Assembly: GCA_964276515.1 (NCBI GenBank)
Contig: OZ193910.1
Location: 3,224,001-3,288,000 of the forward strand
From: Gordius albopunctatus
Taxonomy: Eukaryota
Length of the DNA stretch: 64,000 nt
Reading direction: 5' to 3'
Within the stretch, counting starts at the first letter, position 1. Each line of letters begins with the position of its first letter. Below the pieces are notes generated by a model. It ran no database searches. It saw only the letters and a program-made list of their open reading frames with translations, and was not told the DNA's origin. Positions 27,998 through 42,030 of the stretch are shown piece by piece. Made by a program: the position numbers and the translations under genes.

Positions 27998-30000
27998 CTA
28001 GTGATACGAAAAAAGCGAGCTCTGTCTTGTCTCCTCTTTAAAAGCCGAGACGATACGAGACTAGAGGAGAATTTCTACCTCCCAACGAGACGAGTAGTGA
28101 TGCGGAAAAACCGAGAAAAATATCGGTCTCGTCTCATGAGAATTTGAAAAATGGAGTCGAGATCGAGAAGAGAATTTTGATGTCGAGACGAGACGATACG
28201 AGATTTTTTCGGCGAGATCTCAACTTTTTATTGATTGTTAGGTTTTAGTAAATTATTGTGTATTTTAATTTGCATGATTTACATTTAATGTATTAAGTGT
28301 AAATCCATATGTATGGAATTTATTTGATATTAAAAAATTCCTAATTGTAGTAAATATTATATATTTTTGCAAAAAATTAAAAATTCTGCAATCTTTTACC
28401 TAAGTATAGTTGACCCTTAAGGTGTGTGAAGAATTTTATGTATCCATAGAATTATTAAATATTACAAAAATTTAGCCTTAAAATGAGTTCTGATATTTAA
28501 ATTTCGCAGTTACTCATCCTGCATGATGCAGTAATTATAAATTAGTGATTGTAGTGTAGCGGCATTCAAGGTTGCATTTTGAATACACGCGTTTTTCCTA
28601 TACTTGAGCGCGGTCACAGATGTTTGAATATACGCGTAGCCATTTGAATATACCTTAGCTTACACCGTACTTTATTTCTTATTTGATTACTACTTTTAAT
28701 GTCCTTCGCTATGTGTATATAAAGCCTTATCCACCTATAAAACAGTGTCTGTCTTTTGATTTAGTCTCTTGGTTTAGAATCGGAGTTAGTGTTATACGGG
28801 AGCCTAGTATACGGGAGCTTAAGGTTCTACCAGCCGGCAACTTCGTTACAGTGATCAATCAGTTTGAATAATTAACCAAGTGAAGCTAAGGTGGCTTGAT
28901 ATTTTTGAGCACCGGCCTAACGATTTCAAAAGTACAATACAATATTTATTGACACCGTAATAGATTAAATCTTAAATCATGAGTTTTCTAGAAGTTTTGT
29001 TTTCTAGAAGTTTTTATGCTTCAACTAATAGTATACCTTCCAAATTTTTGAACCTTAATAAGACATTATGTGAATACATAGTTTTGTCATATGCATTACT
29101 TTTCACATTATAAGCTGGGTTGGCAGGTGCATTCAAATTTACTATAATTTCTATAATTGTGCAATATAAAATAAATACACGAACCTATACTGTATTCGAT
29201 AAATAATTATTTATTGGCAAAGTTAGTTAGAATTGGAAGATAACTATTTGATTAATTTGATTATAATGATTTTTTTAATAAATTTAAATAGGTGCACTGT
29301 AATATAAAGTTTAAAACCTCATATAATACTTCCTTTATTGTTGTTTTTACAACGCTTTAATATGTGAAACTAGTGATCAATTCTGTAAATAATATTTCTA
29401 TCATTAAAAGTCAATTGCAGTTTGTGGTTTATAACTCTATAGTAAACATGCAATAAGCACTATGGGATAATTAATAATGGTAATATCAATGGACTTAAAC
29501 GTTTGCCTTAAATATGTCAAGGTCCACTTTGAAGCTTTAGCCAGGGTTAATAAAGGGTCTCAATTTGCTCAACTATAAGCGAACTTATAATTTTCTCAGT
29601 CTATTTAAAGTTCGCAAACACAGTGAATTTGATACAAATGTTATAATTTGGTAGAACAATAGAATTTAATTTTCTATACTTCAAATTTATTTATAGTTTT
29701 TTTAGTCTGCACTTTCGATAGAAATATGAATTAATTCATATCTTTATATTGTCAATGAGATGTCGTGTCCCACTAAATCTTTGAAAAGTTTGTGTATTAA
29801 AGTTTTTCAAAAAATATAAAAGTTCGCCATTTGGATTTTTTAACACTTATTTAATATTTTTAATAAAACAGGAAAAAATTTTATTCCGTGTATATTTTTT
29901 TTAAAGTCGAGACGAGACGAGATCGAGATTTTCATAATCGCTCCCTTGCTCCCAAGATGAGACGAGATTTTGTTTTCGAGGCCAAGCGAGACGAGGGGAT
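27998..30000. mobile_element. Degenerate non-autonomous DNA element with (GAGAC)n subterminal repeats
   Basis: TAGTG-starting ends at ~27999 and ~28095; GAGACGAGAC clusters at 28020-28220 and 29905-29995. The second cluster matches 52430-52592, which ends in CACTA. Confidence 0.55.
28550..28850. mobile_element. Solo LTR, 301 bp
   Basis: TGTAGTG...CGTTACA termini flanked by a 5-bp direct repeat GTGAT (28545-28549 and 28851-28855). More GC-rich than the flanks. Confidence 0.7.
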
Positions 30001-30644
30001 TTATAAAATATATATCATCGTGATTGGAAAAAAGATTAACATTATGTACTGGAAGAATTTTATGTGAATTATATGGTATCGTATTATTGAATAGAAATAA
30101 ATTGGTGATTTACATATATCGAAGAATATTAAGGTTCGAAATTTGGTGATTAGCGAATTCGAATCATGGTAAAGTGGTGATGATATAGATATTAGTAATT
30201 TTTGTAAATTAAATAATCTTATAATAAAAAAATATTGAATTAGGTAGATATCAAAAACAGCATTCTAAAATAATTTTTTAATAATATAACGTCATCCATA
30301 TTTTGTATAATATTAATTTATTGACGTTCTTTCAAACTTATAAACTAGTGAGGAAGGTAAATGACTGTTATAGCGCAAAATTACATGGTTGAAATACACC
30401 AATTGTTGTCTTCAAGATAGAGGAAAATTTGACAAACAATTTACCATGTGAAACATATGACATGAGCAGTCTATCTAGACTATGCTACGTAATTAAATTT
30501 TATGCATGTAGTGGCAGATAGGATCAAATTTAATGATAATTTTTGATCTGCCCATTTAATAGAAACAAACTGTTATTTTTATTAATTCAATAACATGTTT
30601 TATTAAATTTTATTTAAAGTTATAAACATTATAAAACTAGATAT

Positions 30645-32400
30645 TGTTAAGAGCGGGGAAATAAGGTCCAAAACAAGTTACGGAAGGATTAGAGGTCTGC
30701 AGGGGCCGGGTAGGCCCGCGGCCCGCAGGCCCAAGCCCGGCCCAGGGGCTGGGCCGGACCTGAAAATGAGCACTAAAAAAAGTGCGGGCCGGGCTTGGGC
30801 TTTGATAAGTGAAAAAATTTAAATATATTAAACTCTATACTATCATTATAGTATTGACACAAAAAAATGCATTTATTATCTTGATGATAAAAAATTTATT
30901 TTTTCTAACAAAAATTTGCTATTTAAACAGTATTATTTTGAGGGAAAATTTAATATTATATTTTTCGTTAATTAAGTAAATTAATTGTATGGATAGAAGG
31001 TAGTGTTTGTTTTTAACTTCATTGTTTTTTTTCCTCGCTTTTCAAATTCTTATATTGCTTAATATTTGTTCCAAGATCTCATTGACGTTGTTTTAAGCTT
31101 TAAGGTAATTCATTAAAAAATTTTATTTTATAATTAATTAGTTTTAGCTACACTTCTCCTTCTTATTACAAACTTATAATATCAACATTGCTATTCTTGT
31201 TAAAACCATGGTAACACAAACTTTAAATAAATTAATGCAAGAAGATCCTAGCTCTTCATGCATCAGTCGTCCATCTATGAGCAATTCAGCTCAGGTATGT
31301 AGGCAATTAGCTATTGGTGAAGTCGATATGGATATCTCCGTTTAGGAGGACGATGAAAAAGAGCAGATTGAGGAGAGCAATGAATTTGATACTTATGTTA
31401 AATTAAATCTTAAACCGATAGATGATGAGCTTGATATTATTTCATGGTGGAAAGAACACGACCTTATCCTACCTAATTTGACAAAGTTAGCTGTACAGTT
31501 TTTGGCAATTCCGGCCACAAGCGCTACAAGTGAACGCACGTTTAGTAAGGCAAGTCGCCTAATAGAACAAAGAAGAATAAGACTACTACCTGATAGAATA
31601 GACAGTTTATTATTTCTAAATGACAATATTGAATTATAATTTTTTTTTATTAATATCGTTTTTATATGCTATAACAATTTTTTCATACATGCAAAATTGT
31701 TTCTATATAAATAAATTTTTTTGAAAACATTGAAGCTTTTTTCTCGTGCGGACCTGATGCGGCGCATTTTTTGTTGTTATTTTGCGGGGCGGGTATGGGT
31801 AAAAAAATATATATTTGTGCGAATATGGGCCGGGCCTGACCCTAAAATTTCGGCCCATGCAGACCTCTAGGAAGGATATCACAATAGTAAGAATAATAAT
31901 CGTATATACAAAAACGACCATATACGTTAAAACCAATTAACGGTAATTTAATTATCACTCGAAGCATTACTAGTAATATTTTACCAGTCAGTAATTTACT
32001 TATCGCCCGAGGCACTTCACACTCACTTACTTCTCCACAGTTTCCCCCTTTTAACAGACAAAATCCTTAAGAAATGTTGGCGGTTTCCGACTATGGGGGA
32101 ATCTAGGTTTTTCTCTAGGCGTTCCTGATAGGTTTTGAATTTGTTCCCTTGTAACACCTGTTCCCAGGTTTTGCGTTTGTTCCCTTGTAGCAGTTTTTCC
32201 CATTTCCCCTTCTGATGATATCCTTTGCGGCCACCCGTTCTTTTGTCACAGTGTGATACAATCCAGGATTTTACGTTTCCTTAATTGATCTACGTGTCGG
32301 TGGTGCCTTCTTCCCTGTGGCCACAAATCGTAGGAACGACTACCGTGCTTGGCTTTTATAGTGCCTTCTGCCCATTTGCTTGGTCTCAAAAACATAACTC
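30645..32400 (-). mobile_element. Gypsy-like LTR retrotransposon 3' remnant (integrase C-terminal tail, PPT, 3' LTR interrupted by the hAT element)
   Basis: Minus strand reads KWAEGTIKAKHGSRSYDL...RHVDQLRKR...RKPPTFLKDFVC*, then PPT AAGGGGGAAAC and TGT at 32039. Removing the hAT leaves a ~207-bp LTR ending ACA at 30645. Confidence 0.65.
30690..31869 (+). mobile_element. hAT transposon deletion derivative with a dimerization-domain remnant, 1180 bp
   Basis: TIR TAGAGGTCTGCA; perfect 8-bp TSD GGAAGGAT; GGCCC subterminal repeats. About 31350-31640 encodes DIISWWKEH...LPNLTKLAVQFLAIPATSATSERTFSKA...RRIRL. Confidence 0.93.
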
Positions 32401-32961
32401 TGATCTAGGACTGGGCATCCGGTAAACTTATTAAAACGTCTTTATAAAACGCGAAATATCATAGGTGTAGTTTAGTATAAGTTTATACCTTTGCCATAAT
32501 TTTTTTATAAAGTCGTCCTGGTTGTGCCAAATTTATGGCGGCAGAGTTTTTTTCAAAAGCTTTGTATTTGCAGAACCTTAATGTACTTTCTTTACGTGTT
32601 ATTTACAAAAAGTATGAATAACAATTACTATATGGGTTTTTTGTATTAAACAAGATTTCAAAATTAAACTCTCATAGACACGGTCTTTACTTATCGATTA
32701 TTATTAGTATATTATATTCGTAAGAAATTAGAGAGTATTAGCGTTATATTTGGTAGTATCATACACTCTGCAGGGTGTATAAGGCTTTTGTGTACAGGCT
32801 ATAATGTATAAAAGGACTTAAATGAAAAAAATATATAATGTATTCAGAGAAAAAAATGTGTGCTAATTAAGATTATCAAGGCTTGAATATAATTTGTTGG
32901 AAGACATTTAATGCACGATTATGTTAAGATGTAAAATCAAGTATTTAACTTTAGAAAATTT

Positions 32962-33272
32962 TTATTCTCTCTGTCGGGTGAGTGCCATGTCTTGACTAAT
33001 CTCTTTATTTTCTATAACTTTATCGACTTGCCCTTTCCACGTGACACGGGGTCGTCCTCTTCTTCTCTTTCCCGGTACCTCCATGCCCAGTACTTTTCGA
33101 TTTACGTCATCCGTGTCCCTTCTTAGTATATGCCCATACCATCTTAGCCGATTTTCGTTAATTATGTCCGCCATAGGTTGAATACCCATTTTTGTCATGA
33201 GAAAGTCATTCGTCATATGTTCGAGCTTAGTATACCCCAAGCTCCACCTTATCATTCTCATCTCTTCATTAC
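32962..33272 (-). mobile_element. RTE-clade LINE 3' fragment
   Basis: EMRMIRWSLG...ENRLRWYGHILRR...GKRRRGRPRVTW, typical of the RTE ORF C-terminus. Confidence 0.88.
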
Positions 33273-33726
33273 GACACTCGATATATACACTAAATAATCA
33301 AATAAGCCTTGCGATAATTTTTAATATAAATTCAACTACCCATCGGAGAACACGCTCTAATTTAAGTCGTACAGGTCTTATCCATCCTAAATCCTACCTC
33401 CGATACCGATGATGAATTAATATACAACTTACTAAAATCCATATTAAAACTCTATAGTTTAAACAGTTAGGCAGCCCTTAATTGACTTACCCAGGCACAT
33501 TCCAGCTGGAATAAGCTTTTGCGGACGCTTAACCCGTTTTATATATAAATGATTTAGATGGTTGTATTAAACCAATATGTCCCTTTTCTTTTGTTTTAAT
33601 TTTGTACAAATAAATGCTATTACGTGTAGTAAACATATAAATAAAAAATTTAATATAAATCATATTAACTGTGTCTTTGTAAAAGTACAAAAACACCGCT
33701 AACAAAGTGCTTCTTATGTTAATACA

Positions 33727-36181
33727 TTATATTAAAATTCCACACATGAAATTGTGATGCTCTTTTTCATTTTGTGGTCTTATACATAAGCCATTTTCCA
33801 GCGTAATAGGATCCAAATGATGAATATAGTTACTTGATACATAAAAAGGTTCGACTTTAATTTTAATATCGATAATGTCTAATGCTTTGGCATTGATCAA
33901 AATTGGCACACCAAATTTCACAGGCAAAAAAGATAAACTATTACCAACTTTTTCAACTTCAAATTTTTGTTTCATCACCTCATGCTGGTTCTGTTTAATT
34001 TCAACGACAATTAAGGGTGTTTGTTGACAATCATCTGTAGGTTTGAGTAAGCACATCCCAAGTAATATGAGTCTTCCACAAAATTTTAATGTGATTTCGT
34101 CGGATTCGTATTCGTTGGGAAGACAGCTATCGTAGATATCAGCAAATAATTGTGTTTTATGGGTTCTGTTATGTCTTGGTCGTTTACAAAATTTGGTGCC
34201 TGACAATTCGGGGAGATAGGTATGCATTAAAAGAATTTCACTTATTTCTTCTGGCGATAGAAATTTATGTTTCATTATGCATGAGTTAAAGTCTAGCAAG
34301 GGCATAAGGGGAAATCTGATGGCATCGAAGATTGGTCCTAATTTGAAACGTACCTCTTTGGGACTTGTTAAATCGAGATAATTGTGGCTGGTCCATTTAA
34401 GAATTGCAGCCATTATATCCATCTCTGGTACAATTAAATCGTCTCGCGATATAAACTCAAAAACATCTCGAGGCTTTAAGGTCAAGAAGGAAGGACTGTG
34501 AATAAAAGCTTTACTGTTTGCTGCCAGGATCTAATAAATATATACGAGAAAATAAACGGTTTAGCTAGAAAAATATTACATAAAAAATTTGGGCCGCAAA
34601 TTGTTACCTTACAACTATACTAAAACAAAATTTTACCTCAGTAAAGAAACCTTCAACTTAAATGTCAAATCAAAAGATATTACAGATTCATTCCTAAATT
34701 ATTATCAGTCCCATTAATTGATGCTAACACAAATTAATAGAGGCTAATTTGAAGCAACTCTTCAATATATAAATGCTTTAATTGTTAGAGTGAGGTAACA
34801 TACATGATGTGAATAGAATTTTGGAGAATGATTATTATTAATTCAACCCTTAAACGTAAAATAAAAGCCCATTATTAGTTCGAGATGAAAATTGCTTGTT
34901 TTAAAAAACTCCATAAAAACTGTTTTGGATAAAGGGGGAAGGTTGGCTCTTTCTGCTCCTCCCCTTTAAAACGCTTATGAAGAATTTACCTGTAAGCATA
35001 ATTTTTCATCGATTTCGGAATGTAAAGTGACGCTCTGTTGAAAGTAGTAGAACGCGTTTGCAAAATTAATTTCTTCGTGTATTAAAGCGATGACTTGCTT
35101 TTGAAGAGAGGGCAAAAAGTATTTCTTAGTTCCATACAACATTTCTATTAGAAACTTCTCTCGGTCTAACCCATTCTTATAAACATGTAAATCCTTGATG
35201 TCAACTTCATTGGTATACATATGTCTAAAAATCATATTTTCAAATATAAACTCGTCTTGAATAAACAATTTTTAAGGGATAATAAATATGGGCATAGCCG
35301 TGTTTTAAACTAAAGGAGGCAGTAAGGTCAGTTTTAAAAACCGTTAATCAAGTTCTCCAAGAAAAACCTTTTCCCGGCTACACCCTTGAAATGATATTAT
35401 ACTTTAACAAAATGGTGAAACTGTCGGGACTGATATCCTCCACCCTAACTTGAATGGTCCCGTTACTAACTGAGTTGTTCGTCCACATCTCTCCATAAAA
35501 CATCCGATTAAATAATGGGGAACGCAGAGCCAATATAAACTTGTGGGCTTTTAAGGTGGTCGCAGTTTCTCTATCAGTGAACTAATAAAAAAGTGTATAA
35601 TAGTCAATTTTATTTTTATTAATGAATACAAATATTTTATGTATTATGATTATAAATTGTATCAATATGTTAAATTCAGTTTTCAACACATTGTTTTTTC
35701 GGGAAATTTGTTATGAATGTATATTAAAACAAATGTTTTTTAATTAAAATTTGATATTTATCATCACGGCCTTAATACCTACCTGATCCTATTCTAAAGA
35801 TAAATCTCGCGAATTACTAGGGTTTTAAAAAATAACTATTTTAAAAGAGAGCTAAATATGAAATTGAGCTGGTAAGTTAGTGTAATTGGAATCATGTCTA
35901 TTAGAATTTTAAAAGAGTGAAACCTAAATTATTAAAGCGTTATCAAACAATAAATAAAATTAAAACTCCCATAGAAGGCTTGTTTTAGGATAAAAGACAT
36001 AAATATTTCCTTAAAACTATTTATTACCCAAAATACGGAAATACATAAAAATATCCATATAAATCGTGAATATCAATATCGTTACTATGAATTCGACATC
36101 ATGAAGAATGCCTTGTTGCAAAACGCACTTCATTACACCCGACCATTCCATTACGTATATTGACTCAAGACTATCCACCAT
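33727..36181 (-). CDS. BTB/POZ-BACK domain protein (BTBD1/2/3/6-like, putative Cullin-3 adaptor), 4 exons, ~437 aa
   Basis: Exons 36086-36181, 35403-35581, 34990-35224, 33727-34530, all GT-AG and in phase. BTB motifs HDVEFIF, LKAHKFILALRSPLFNRMFYG and EDISPDSFTILLKHMYT. BACK motifs SRDDLIVPEMDIMAAILKW and IRFPLM. Divergent beta-rich C-terminus, possibly PHR-like. Confidence 0.88.
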
Positions 36182-36998
36182 TAGAATAATTTTTAATTCT
36201 CATTTAAAGGATTTAATTCAATCAAATTTTATTACGAGTTTTACTCCAGCTTAAATGCTTTAACTATCTCTTGTTTATTTGTTAATTATCAACCAGGGAC
36301 ATTTGAACGACCTTGACAATGGAAGGCATACAGATAAGAGAGCGCAAAATAGGTATTTCGGTTTTTGTTTTAAAGAATTTGATGCGACAAAGAAGATGAC
36401 GTTTGAAGCCAATTTGATGCAGCTAATATATTGAGCTAAATGTAAAACGTTTATTTCCATAATAATCAACTTGGAATTAAGGACAAAAATGTTTAGCGAA
36501 TTGTTAATTATAATGTAATGCAAAATGAGAACGTTAGAAATTATAAAGACCAAGTTGATATCATGGTTTGATCTAACAACTGTTTACTCCATAGAATATT
36601 GTTTTAGCAGGCTAGATTTTTTCTCTTATCCTCAAAATTTTATGGAGTTATTTATGAAAAGTTAACATTAAATGTGTGTCACGCAAAACTTGTACTATGT
36701 TAAATGAATTAGTCGCTGCCAGTCTTTTCAATAGAAATGATATATTGTGTGGGAAAAAGATGAACACTTTTTGGTCCTTGTGCCCCGCTTTACATAAATT
36801 TCTTTGTGTTTAGTCACATGTCCAAATTATTATATGAGATATAAAAATTTAAATGTCTCAATCGATAGTTTATTTAATTAAAATGGCATCACGAAAATTA
36901 GAATGAGCCCCTTTAAATCATAGGGTGTTGATTAGATACTACTTAGTAAACATTTTTAATTATTGAACTTAGTAATATTTACATGATTTTTATCTAAC

Positions 36999-37159
36999 CA
37001 TTAGCGTAACAAGCATTGGAATTAGAGAATTAGAGGAGGCCAATAATGATTTAGGGAGGGGCAAAATGATCATTTTTTAAAATTTTAGCCATAATTTTAA
37101 TAAATTTCTGGATTTAGAGGAGGGAAGCAGCCCATCACTGCCCCCTGGCTACGGTCATG
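36999..37159. mobile_element. CATGGGCGTAGCC-family MITE
   Basis: Family core; TSD TATCTAAC/TATTTAAC. Confidence 0.78.
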
Positions 37160-37431
37160 TATTTAACCATCATACGATTTTAGACCTTGAAATTTTGATG
37201 ACTAAGTTACTTAAATAATTGTTCAATGGTTGCCCGACTTGCATTTTTTGTAATGTGGGAGGCCCGCATAGATTAATAAGCTTTACCTTAATTTAATTCT
37301 TTCATATGTTATTTATATAGTATGAATGTAATGTTTTTAAAAAATAGAGTTTATTTTAGCTCAGGGTTAAATTACTATAACCCTTAACAAATGAAATAGT
37401 TTCTATATCCAAATGTTAAGACTGTAAGAGC

Positions 37432-37576
37432 CATGAGCTTAATCAAGGGGAGGCAGGAAGGAGTGACTGCCCCCCTCTAAATCCAAAAATTTGTTTAAAT
37501 TATTAGTATTTTGGCTAAAATTTCAAAGGATGATCATTATTGCCCCTCTCTAATCCAAATTTTGGCTACTCTTTTG
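37432..37576. mobile_element. CATGGGCGTAGCC-family MITE (degenerate)
   Basis: Family core; TSD GTAAGAGC/CTAAGAGC. Confidence 0.75.
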
Positions 37577-38198
37577 CTAAGAGCATCTATAAATAGAATG
37601 TTTTAGCAAAACAATATTAATAATTAAAAAGCGGGACAAGTTTCAAGAGCTACTAATGTAAGTTTATCGGGTTAAAGATATAATGGTACACATAATTGAA
37701 ACTCTAAGACTGAGTCTTAATCTTTGACTTAATTAAGATTTTTACCTTAAATATAAATCAACGCATTTATCTAAGCAACTGATGAAATTTTTTTGATGTC
37801 AATGATAGTTTGAATCTAAATTTTGTTGAATTTGTATGTCGAAACACGTCATTTTTTTAAAGTTTGATTCTTTTTTATTTTAAAATTTTTAGATCTCTAA
37901 TATATCAAAGTTTTAAATAAAACTGTGATACGTGAAGTTTGAAATGCTTCTACATAAAAGTACTTTCACCATCAATGAAATTAAAATGGTCGACAACGAA
38001 ATTAAATATTACTTTTTGTATTTTTTTAAATCTCATACACCCTCCGTAATATCACAGTATTTTTAATATCCCAAAATCTGAATATATGAACATCGAACAT
38101 CAAATTTATAAGTGGTTCTAAACGTTTTAACCAACAACATCGCTATTAGATCGACTCCGGCTTATCCACGACATCCTACATAATATTCTTATGATAAA

Positions 38199-38938
38199 CT
38201 AGCTGTGCCCGGTCAAGCGTTGCTTCGGCTCAGTCCTTAAGTGGTTAAATAAGTATAACCTATTAATAAGATAAGACTTATCTAAAATGGGGTGGGCATA
38301 TATGAAATAATAATTCAAATAAGTAAAATATCCATAATATTTATTTAGAGCACGAATTTTATCACGTCATGGATTTTATGAACCCACTATTTTTAGTATA
38401 TATATAATAAGACAAACCAAATGCGAATTCTGTTTTAGTCATCAAATCCGACTAAAATTAAATGTTTTTGAAAAAATTGCTGATTAATGCTGTTACTTAT
38501 TATACAATAATACCATTATTTTATTTTTCTAGTTAGCTGATTTATTTGAAATACAATTTTCTTTAATATAATAAAATAATTAATTGAAAGATGGATAATT
38601 ATTAAAAATATGCTTCTATGATTGACCACGTGATAATAATTTAAATATTATTTATTTAATTTAAATAGTTTGTTAAACCCCAATAACTTTGACCATATAC
38701 TGTAACATTTTTATTATACTTTTAAATATCTAATTCGAGAAAACTTCAGCCTTGTATGTATGAGGTCATTATTGTATTGTATATGCTGCTATAAACTAAA
38801 CTGGCCGGGAAATGTGCGATATTTTTAAAACAAAAAGGTATTTTAGGATTCTGAAAAAGCTATTTTACCCCTGGCCGCATTGGGCATCTACGGCTAAATT
38901 TTCGCGCGAATCGGGCAGGTAGTTTCAGAATTTAGCCC

Positions 38939-38969
<31 letters not shown>

Positions 38970-39111
38970 CATACATACATACATACATACATACATACAT
39001 ACATACATACATACATACATACATACATACATACATACATACATACATACATACATACATACATACATACATACATACATACATACATACATACATACAT
39101 ACATACATACA

Positions 39112-39145
<34 letters not shown>

Positions 39146-41275
39146 CATACATACATACATACATACATACATACATACATACATACATACATACATACAT
39201 ACATACATACATACATACATACATACATACATACATACATACATACATACATACATACATACATACATACATACATACATACATACATACATACATACAT
39301 ACATACATACATACATACATACATACATACATACATACATACATACATACATACATACATACATACATACATACATACATACATACATACATACATACAT
39401 ACATACATACATACATACATACATACATACATACATACATACATACATACATACATACATACATACATACATACATACATACATACATACATACATACAT
39501 ACATACATACATACATACATACATACATACATACATACATACATACATACATACATACATACATACATACATACATACATACATACATACATACATACAT
39601 ACATACATACATACATACATACATACATACATACATACATACATACATACATACATACATACATACATACATACATACATACATACATACATACATACAT
39701 ACATACATACATACATACATACATACATACATACATACATACATACATACATACATACATACATACATACATACATACATACATACATACATACATACAT
39801 ACATACATACATACATACATACATACATACATACATACATACATACATACATACATACATACATACATACATACATACATACATACATACATACATACAT
39901 ACATACATACATACATACATACATACATACATACATACATACATACATACATACATACATACATACATACATACATACATACATACATACATACATACAT
40001 ACATACATACATACATACATACATACATACATACATACATACATACATACATACATACATACATACATACATACATACATACATACATACATACATACAT
40101 ACATACATACATACATACATACATACATACATACATACATACATACATACATACATACATACATACATACATACATACATACATACATACATACATACAT
40201 ACATACATACATACATACATACATACATACATACATACATACATACATACATACATACATACATACATACATACATACATACATACATACATACATACAT
40301 ACATACATACATACATACATACATACATACATACATACATACATACATACATACATACATACATACATACATACATACATACATACATACATACATACAT
40401 ACATACATACATACATACATACATACATACATACATACATACATACATACATACATACATACATACATACATACATACATACATACATACATACATACAT
40501 ACATACATACATACATACATACATACATACATACATACATACATACATACATACATACATACATACATACATACATACATACATACATACATACATACAT
40601 ACATACATACATACATACATACATACATACATACATACATACATACATACATACATACATACATACATACATACATACATACATACATACATACATACAT
40701 ACATACATACATACATACATACATACATACATACATACATACATACATACATACATACATACATACATACATACATACATACATACATACATACATACAT
40801 ACATACATACATACATACATACATACATACATACATACATACATACATACATACATACATACATACATACATACATACATACATACATACATACATACAT
40901 ACATACATACATACATACATACATACATACATACATACATACATACATACATACATACATACATACATACATACATACATACATACATACATACATACAT
41001 ACATACATACATACATACATACATACATACATACATACATACATACATACATACATACATACATACATACATACATACATACATACATACATACATACAT
41101 ACATACATACATACATACATACATACATACATACATACATACATACATACATACATACATACATACATACATACATACATACATACATACATACATACAT
41201 ACATACATACATACATACATACATACATACATACATACATACATACATACATACATACATACATACATACATACA

Positions 41276-41304
<29 letters not shown>
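38199..41304 (-). mobile_element. Non-autonomous Helitron-like element (3' CTAG end at 38199) carrying the expanded TATG array; 5' end missing
   Basis: Minus strand ends ...CCGAAGCAACGCTTGACCGGGCACAGCTAG|T, an imperfect hairpin plus CTAG. The sequence right after the array on the minus strand (AATTCTGAAACTACCTGCCCGATTCGCGCGAAAATTT) resembles that after (TATG)3 in the Helitron at 50863. Confidence 0.65.
38941..41304. repeat. (ACAT)n/(TATG)n microsatellite array, 2364 bp (~591 units)
   Basis: Read directly. The only interruption I found is a C>T at 39142. Confidence 0.99.
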
Positions 41305-41306
<2 letters not shown>

Positions 41307-42030
41307 CTGAGTGGTACGGCTACCGCTTTTATAGGTTATAAGATGTTCCTGTCTCTTTTTGAAGAAGGTATTTCCTATTGCTAGGTCAAAAGCTTGAGCA
41401 ATTTCTAGAATTTCCGTACCTCCTTAATTTCTTAGGCCGTAACCCCGACCACCGTGATTTATTTCAAATCCTCCCCTTGATTTGCCTACGTGTCCATTGA
41501 GGTCCGCTCCGATAATTATTATTCCCTCTTTACCGAATTGGGATAAAACATCTTCAAGCTCCTTCCAAAAACACTCTTTTTCCGTCTCAGAGCATCCACT
41601 TTGAGTGGCGTATGCCTATATAACGTTTATCGTAGTAGATTTATAACAAAGCTGTATCGCCATAATTCTGTCATTGATTCTTTTAACGTCGACGACAGTT
41701 TGCTGAAATTCTTCCAATAGCACTATATCGACGCCATTCCGGTGAGTTTCTGTACCGTAAAAATCTAATTTGTATCCGTCCCCTATGTATTTTGCTTTTT
41801 GGCCCTTCCATTTGGTCTCTTTTATACACGCGATATCGATTTTTCTCTTCCTTAGAACGTCTGCCAATTCTCTGCTCTTGCTAGTCATTGTACCAATATT
41901 CCATGACCCAAAATTATCCTACGCAAACGAATGTCTTTAACCGCTTCCGTTTGTTGAGAGAGCGGTAGCCTTCGTTTATTTCCCACACATTCCAGGCGAA
42001 GAATGCGCGCGTCGCTTAAGGGGGACGAAA
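41305..42030 (-). mobile_element. RTE-clade LINE 5' fragment (APE endonuclease domain)
   Basis: Reads GSWNIGTMTSKSRELADVLRKRKIDIACIKETKWKG...RIMAI...AYATQSGC...GADLNGHVG...NTFFKKRQEHLITYKSGSRTTQI, with frameshifts and stops. Truncated at the ACAT array just before the expected IDY motif. Confidence 0.9.

Noticed and set aside
28020..28220. GAGAC, ACCCG and GGCCC short repeat clusters as regulatory arrays
   Set aside because: They lie next to TIRs and are explained as transposon subterminal repeats.
31393..31626. Minus-strand 77-aa ORF
   Set aside because: Antisense to the plus-strand hAT dimerization-domain remnant.
38925..41304. Three ~790-aa (MYVC)n ORFs
   Set aside because: Artefact of translating the stop-free (TATG)n microsatellite.
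38941..41304. Telomeric or CRISPR-like array
   Set aside because: It is a pure 4-mer with no spacers, internal to the window, and not a recognised telomere motif; the context is eukaryotic.
41305..41344. Apparent Helitron 5' end (A|TCTTATAACC...) with a small hairpin next to the array
   Set aside because: The same bases continue the RTE endonuclease frame (HLITYKSGSRTTQI), so the TC start is coincidental.
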